In this document: piece after piece, positions 60,142 through 64,000 of the stretch
How positions within the stretch are numbered: position 1 is the stretch's first letter
How the letters are laid out: each line of letters starts with the position of its first letter
Source of the DNA: Gammaproteobacteria bacterium
GTDB lineage: Bacteria; Pseudomonadota; Gammaproteobacteria; JBPCXB01
DNA length: 64,000 bases
Reading direction: 5' to 3'
NCBI GenBank assembly: GCA_051008935.1
Contig: JBPCXB010000110.1
Span: 6,560 to 70,559 of the forward strand
Notes under the pieces: generated by a model
Told to the model about the DNA's origin: nothing
Seen by the model: the letters and a program-made list of their open reading frames with translations, nothing else
Databases searched by the model: none
Program-made: the position numbers and the translations under genes

Positions 60142-63100
60142 ATGGCTTTCATGCAAATTATTTCAGCTTTCAAATTCATTTTCACAGCGGTCCGTGTGCT
60201 GGCAACTGCTGCGGTATTTACACTAATTGTAGCTTTTGCGCCCAACGCATACGCTGCTGACCCTGAAATCGTCGGGTCGGGTATCGCAGATCAGTCGGTC
60301 ACTGAAGATGCAACAGCGGCAGTGCTAGATGTAGCTGGGTCTTTTACGGATCCTGATGGCGATACTCTGACTTTTGCAGCAACTTTGGATGATGGAGATG
60401 ATGATAACGATCTACCAAGCTTCATCACCTTTTCAGGATCGGAATTCACATTTACACCGACTCTGAGCTCTGAAGCCGGCGTGCACAGTATCAAGGTGAC
60501 TGCTTCGGACGCTGGCCGTAGCGTCAGCGATACCTTTGATCTGACGGTGGCCGCAGTCAATGACAATCCGGTTGTCGTTACATCCATTGCAGATCTCTCT
60601 GCTGCTGAAGACGCGACCACTACCTTGAATGTGTCTTCCAACTTTAGCGATGAGGAGACCGTCGCTCTGATGGCCACGGCTGCACTGTCTGATGGCAGTG
60701 CGCTTCCAGGGTTTATCACCTTTACAGCAATGACAGGCGAATTCAGCTTTGCACCCACTCTGACTACTGAGGCGGGTACTTACAGCATTGAGGTAACTGT
60801 TTCGGACGGTACGCTAAGTATCAGCGATACCTTTACTCTGACGGTGACCGCAGTCAACGATACTCCAGTTGTTGCTACAGTTATTGCCGATCAGTCGGTC
60901 ACTGAAGATGCAACACCAGCGTCACTTGATGTATCCTCCAACTTCAGCGATGAAGAGACCAGCGCTCTGACGCTGTCGGCGGCATTGGCTGATAGCACTG
61001 CGCTGCCGAGCTTTGTTACCTTTACAGCATCGACAGGCATGTTCAGCTTTGAGCCTACTCTGACTAGTGAGGCGGGTAGTTACAGCATTGAGGTGACCGC
61101 TTCGGACGGTGCGTTGAGTGTCAGCGATACATTTGATCTGACAGTGGCCGCAGTCAACGACAATCCGGTTGTTGCAACAGCTATTGCGAGTTTAGCTGCA
61201 CCAGAAGACGAGACCACAACCTTGGATGTGTCCTCCAACTTTAGCGATGAGGAGACCAGTCCTCTGACGCTGTCGGCTGCATTGTCTGATGGCAGTGCGT
61301 TGCCGGGCTTTGCCACCTTTACAGCATCAACAGGTACGTTCAGCTTTGAGCCGGTTGCTGCGGATATCGGTACTTACAGCATTGAGGTGACCGCTTCAGA
61401 CGGCGCACTGAGTATCAGCGATACCTTTGATGTGACTGTGGCCGCCGTCAACGCTAGTCCGGTTGTTGCTACAGTCATTCCCGACCAATCGGCCACTGAA
61501 GATGCAACAGTGGTAGCACTAGATGTGGCTGGGTCTTTTTCGGACCCTGATGGCGATACTCTGATTTTTGCAGCAACTTTGGATGACGGAGATGAGGATA
61601 ACGATCTGCCAAGCTTTGTCACCTTTACCGCATCGACAGGCGAATTCAGCTTTGCACCCACACTGACTAGTGAGGCTGATACCTATAGCATTAAGGTGAC
61701 CGCTTCAGATGGCGCGTTGAGTGTCAGCGATACCTTTGATCTGGTAGTGATCGCAGTCAACGACAATCCGGTTGTTGCTACAGCCATTGGGGATCAGTCA
61801 GCCAGTGAAGACGCGACCACAACCTTGGATGTGTCTTCCAACTTTAGCGATGAAGAGACCAGTTCTCTGACGCTGTCGGCGGCCTTGTCTGATAGCAGTG
61901 CGCTGCCGAGCTTTGCCACCTTTACCGCATCGACAGGTATGTTCAGCTTTGCACCCACTCTGACTAGTGAGGCCGGTACTTACAGTATTGAGGTAACCGC
62001 TTCAGACGGCACACTAAGTATCAGCGATACCTTTACTCTGACAGTGGCAGCAGTCAACGACAATCCGGTTGTTGCAACAGCCATTGCAGATACCGCTGCA
62101 CCTGAAGACGCGACCACAACCTTGGAAGTGTCCTCCAACTTCAGCGATGAAGAGACCAGCGCTCTGACGCTGTCAGCGGCATTGTCTGATAGCAGCGCGC
62201 TGCCGAGCTTTGTCACTTTTACCGCATCGACAGGTGTGTTTAGTGTCGCACCGACTCTGACTAGTGATGCGGGTACTTATAGCATTGAAGTGACGGCTTC
62301 GGACGGTGCGTTGAGTATCAGCGATACCTTTGATCTGACAGTGACTGCCGTCAATGACAATCCGGTTGTTGCGACAGCCATTGGGGATGTCGCTGCACCG
62401 GAAGACGCGACCACCGCCTTGGATGTGTCCTCCAACTTTAGCGATGAAGAGACCAATTCTCTGACGCTGTCGGCGGCATTGTCTGATAGCAGTGCGCTGC
62501 CGAGCTTTGCCACCTTTACCGCATCGACAGGTATGTTCAGCTTTGAGCCTGTTGCTGCGGATATCGGCACCTACAGTATTAAAGTGACCGCTTCAGACGG
62601 CGTGCTAAGTATCAGTGATACCTTTGATGTGACGGTGGGCGCCGTCAACGATACTCCGGTTGTTGTTACAGTGATTCCCGATCAATCGGCCACTGAAGAT
62701 GCAACAGCAGCGACTCTTGATGTGTCTGATAACTTTAGCGATGAAGAGACCAGCGTTCTCACGCTGTCGGCGGCATTGGCTGATAGCAGTGCGCTGCCAA
62801 GTTTTGTCACCTTTACAGCATCGACAGGTGTGTTCAGCTTTGCACCCACGCTGAGCAGCCAAGCAGATACTTACAGCATTGAGGTGACAGCTTCGGACGG
62901 TGCCCTGAGTGTCAGTGATACCTTTGATCTGACGGTGCACGCAGTCAACGACAATCCAGTTGTTGCAACAGCCATTGGGGATGTCGCTGCGCCTGAAGAC
63001 GAGACCACTGCCTTGGATGTGTCTGCTAGCTTTAGCGATGAAGAGACCAATTCTCTGACACTGTCGGCGGCATTGTCCGATAGCAGTGCGCTGCCAAGCT

Positions 63101-64000
63101 TTGCCACCTTTACCGCATCGACAGGTATGTTCAGCTTTGAGCCTGCTGCTGCGGATATCGGCACCTACAGTATTGAGGTGACCGCTTCGGACGGTGTGCT
63201 AAGTATCAGCGATATCTTTGATGTGACGGTGGGCGCCGTCAATGACAATCCGGTTGTTGTTACAGCCATTCCAGATTTCACTGCAGTTGAAGACGAGATC
63301 GCAACCTTTGATGTGTCTGATAGCTTCAGCGATGAAGAGACCAGCGCTCTGACGCTGTCGGCCGCATTGTCCGATAGCAGTGCGCTGCCGAGTTTTGTCA
63401 CCTTTACAGCATCGACAGGTATGTTCAGCTTTGCACCCACTCTAACTAGTGAGGCGGGCACTTACAGCATTGAGGTGACCGCTTCGGACGGTGCGCTGAG
63501 TGTCAGTGATACCTTTGATGTGACAGTGCACGCAGTCAATGACAATCCGGTTGTTGCTACAGCCATTTCCGATGTCGCTGCTCCGGAAGACGAGACCACA
63601 ACCTTGGATGTGTCTGCCAACTTTAGCGATGAAGAGACCAATTCTCTGACACTGTCGGCGGCATTGTCCGATGGCAATGCACTGCCGAGCTTTGTCACCT
63701 TTACTGCATCGACAGGTGCGTTTAGCTTTGAGCCTGTTGCTGCGGATATCGGCACCCACAGTATTGAGGTGACTGCTTCGGACGGTGTGCTGAGTATCAG
63801 CGATACCTTTGATGTGGTGGTGGGCGCCGTCAATGACAATCCGGTTGTTGCTACAGCCATTGCAGATACCGCTGCACCTGAAGACGAGACCACAACCTTG
63901 GATGTGTCTTCCAACTTTACCGATGAAGAGACCAGCGTTCTGACGTTGTCGGCCGCATTGTCCGATAGCACTGCGCTCCCGAGCTTTATCACCTTTACAG
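60142..64000 (+). CDS. Giant surface protein 3 (3'-truncated by the window, more than 1286 aa): long signal peptide followed by 12 or more near-identical 100-aa cadherin-like/CADG-type repeats. Not in the supplied ORF track because there is no stop in the window.
   Basis: Translated by hand from ATG 60142: MAFMQIISAFKFIFTAVRVLATAAVFTLIVAFAPNAYA|ADPEIV..., then repeats of ...VNDNPVVATAI.D.AAPEDATTTLDVSSNFSDEETS.LTLSAALSDSSALPSFVTFTASTGMFSFAPTLTSEAGTYSIEVTASDGALSISDTFDLTV.A.... The frame stays open to position 64000. Confidence 0.8.
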   Translation, partial: MAFMQIISAFKFIFTAVRVLATAAVFTLIVAFAPNAYAADPEIVGSGIADQSVTEDATAAVLDVAGSFTDPDGDTLTFAATLDDGDDDNDLPSFITFSGSEFTFTPTLSSEAGVHSIKVTASDAGRSVSDTFDLTVAAVNDNPVVVTSIADLSAAEDATTTLNVSSNFSDEETVALMATAALSDGSALPGFITFTAMTGEFSFAPTLTTEAGTYSIEVTVSDGTLSISDTFTLTVTAVNDTPVVATVIADQSVTEDATPASLDVSSNFSDEETSALTLSAALADSTALPSFVTFTASTGMFSFEPTLTSEAGSYSIEVTASDGALSVSDTFDLTVAAVNDNPVVATAIASLAAPEDETTTLDVSSNFSDEETSPLTLSAALSDGSALPGFATFTASTGTFSFEPVAADIGTYSIEVTASDGALSISDTFDVTVAAVNASPVVATVIPDQSATEDATVVALDVAGSFSDPDGDTLIFAATLDDGDEDNDLPSFVTFTASTGEFSFAPTLTSEADTYSIKVTASDGALSVSDTFDLVVIAVNDNPVVATAIGDQSASEDATTTLDVSSNFSDEETSSLTLSAALSDSSALPSFATFTASTGMFSFAPTLTSEAGTYSIEVTASDGTLSISDTFTLTVAAVNDNPVVATAIADTAAPEDATTTLEVSSNFSDEETSALTLSAALSDSSALPSFVTFTASTGVFSVAPTLTSDAGTYSIEVTASDGALSISDTFDLTVTAVNDNPVVATAIGDVAAPEDATTALDVSSNFSDEETNSLTLSAALSDSSALPSFATFTASTGMFSFEPVAADIGTYSIKVTASDGVLSISDTFDVTVGAVNDTPVVVTVIPDQSATEDATAATLDVSDNFSDEETSVLTLSAALADSSALPSFVTFTASTGVFSFAPTLSSQADTYSIEVTASDGALSVSDTFDLTVHAVNDNPVVATAIGDVAAPEDETTALDVSASFSDEETNSLTLSAALSDSSALPSFATFTASTGMFSFEPAAADIGTYSIEVTASDGVLSISDIFDVTVGAVNDNPVVVTAIPDFTAVEDEIATFDVSDSFSDEETSALTLSAALSDSSALPSFVTFTASTGMFSFAPTLTSEAGTYSIEVTASDGALSVSDTFDVTVHAVNDNPVVATAISDVAAPEDETTTLDVSANFSDEETNSLTLSAALSDGNALPSFVTFTASTGAFSFEPVAADIGTHSIEVTASDGVLSISDTFDVVVGAVNDNPVVATAIADTAAPEDETTTLDVSSNFTDEETSVLTLSAALSDSTALPSFITFT
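60250..64000 (+). repeat. Tandem array of 300-bp coding repeats (period exactly 300 bp, 12 or more copies) within gene 3
   Basis: The gcagtcaa(c/t)gacaatccggttgtt landmark recurs at 60553, 60853, 61153, 61453 ... 63841. Confidence 0.85.

Noticed and set aside
60291-63992. Series of 78-176 aa minus-strand ORFs (60291..60758, 61080..61316, 61374..61661, 61980..62216, 62277..62570, 62871..63164, 63165..63461, 63462..63992, etc.)
   Set aside because: They are antisense to the large + strand repeat gene, which is open from 60142 to the window end. They are low-complexity (SLTAATVRSKVSL...) and periodic only because the sense strand is repetitive. They are artefacts.

Overview
A 64 kb chromosomal segment of a gammaproteobacterium, about 50% GC. 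The gene order resembles Pseudomonas and Vibrio: nnr-tsaE-amiB-mutL, fdxA/mutS-cinA-recA, aspS-yebC-ruvCAB-tolQRAB-pal-cpoB-tRNA-Lys. Most of the window is housekeeping. It contains a TonB2-type energy-transduction cluster (ttpC-like, exbB, exbD, tonB, TPR), folA-thyA-lgt, Nnr, TsaE, an AMIN/LysM amidase, MutL, FeoAB, ArgE, TrxB, CysQ, a glycosyltransferase pair (GT2 and GT11 fucosyltransferase), Qor, an SDR, ferredoxin FdxA, MutS, CinA, RecA, thiolase, ProS, AspS, YebC, RuvCAB, Tol-Pal and tRNA-Lys(UUU). Three regions are accessory or unusual. First, a roughly 1 kb non-coding macro-repeat array with conserved hairpins at 8040-8995. Second, a two-gene insertion (membrane coiled-coil protein plus secreted beta-helix protein) where miaA-hfq would be expected after mutL, at 17017-19426. 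Third, and most striking, an island immediately downstream of tRNA-Lys (50165 to the window end). It holds three paralogous giant surface proteins built from cadherin-like / putative-Ig (CADG-type, 'VNDxPV ... LPSFxTFTxxTGxFSF') repeats. Two of them end in an unusually long predicted C-terminal beta-barrel with a terminal Phe, which suggests autotransporter-like secretion. The third is cut off by the window end and consists of 12 or more near-identical 300-bp tandem repeats. Several essential genes (mutL, proS, tolA) and one promoter region carry in-frame or tandem microsatellite-like repeats. All calls come from reading the sequence and ORF translations by eye. No database search was run.
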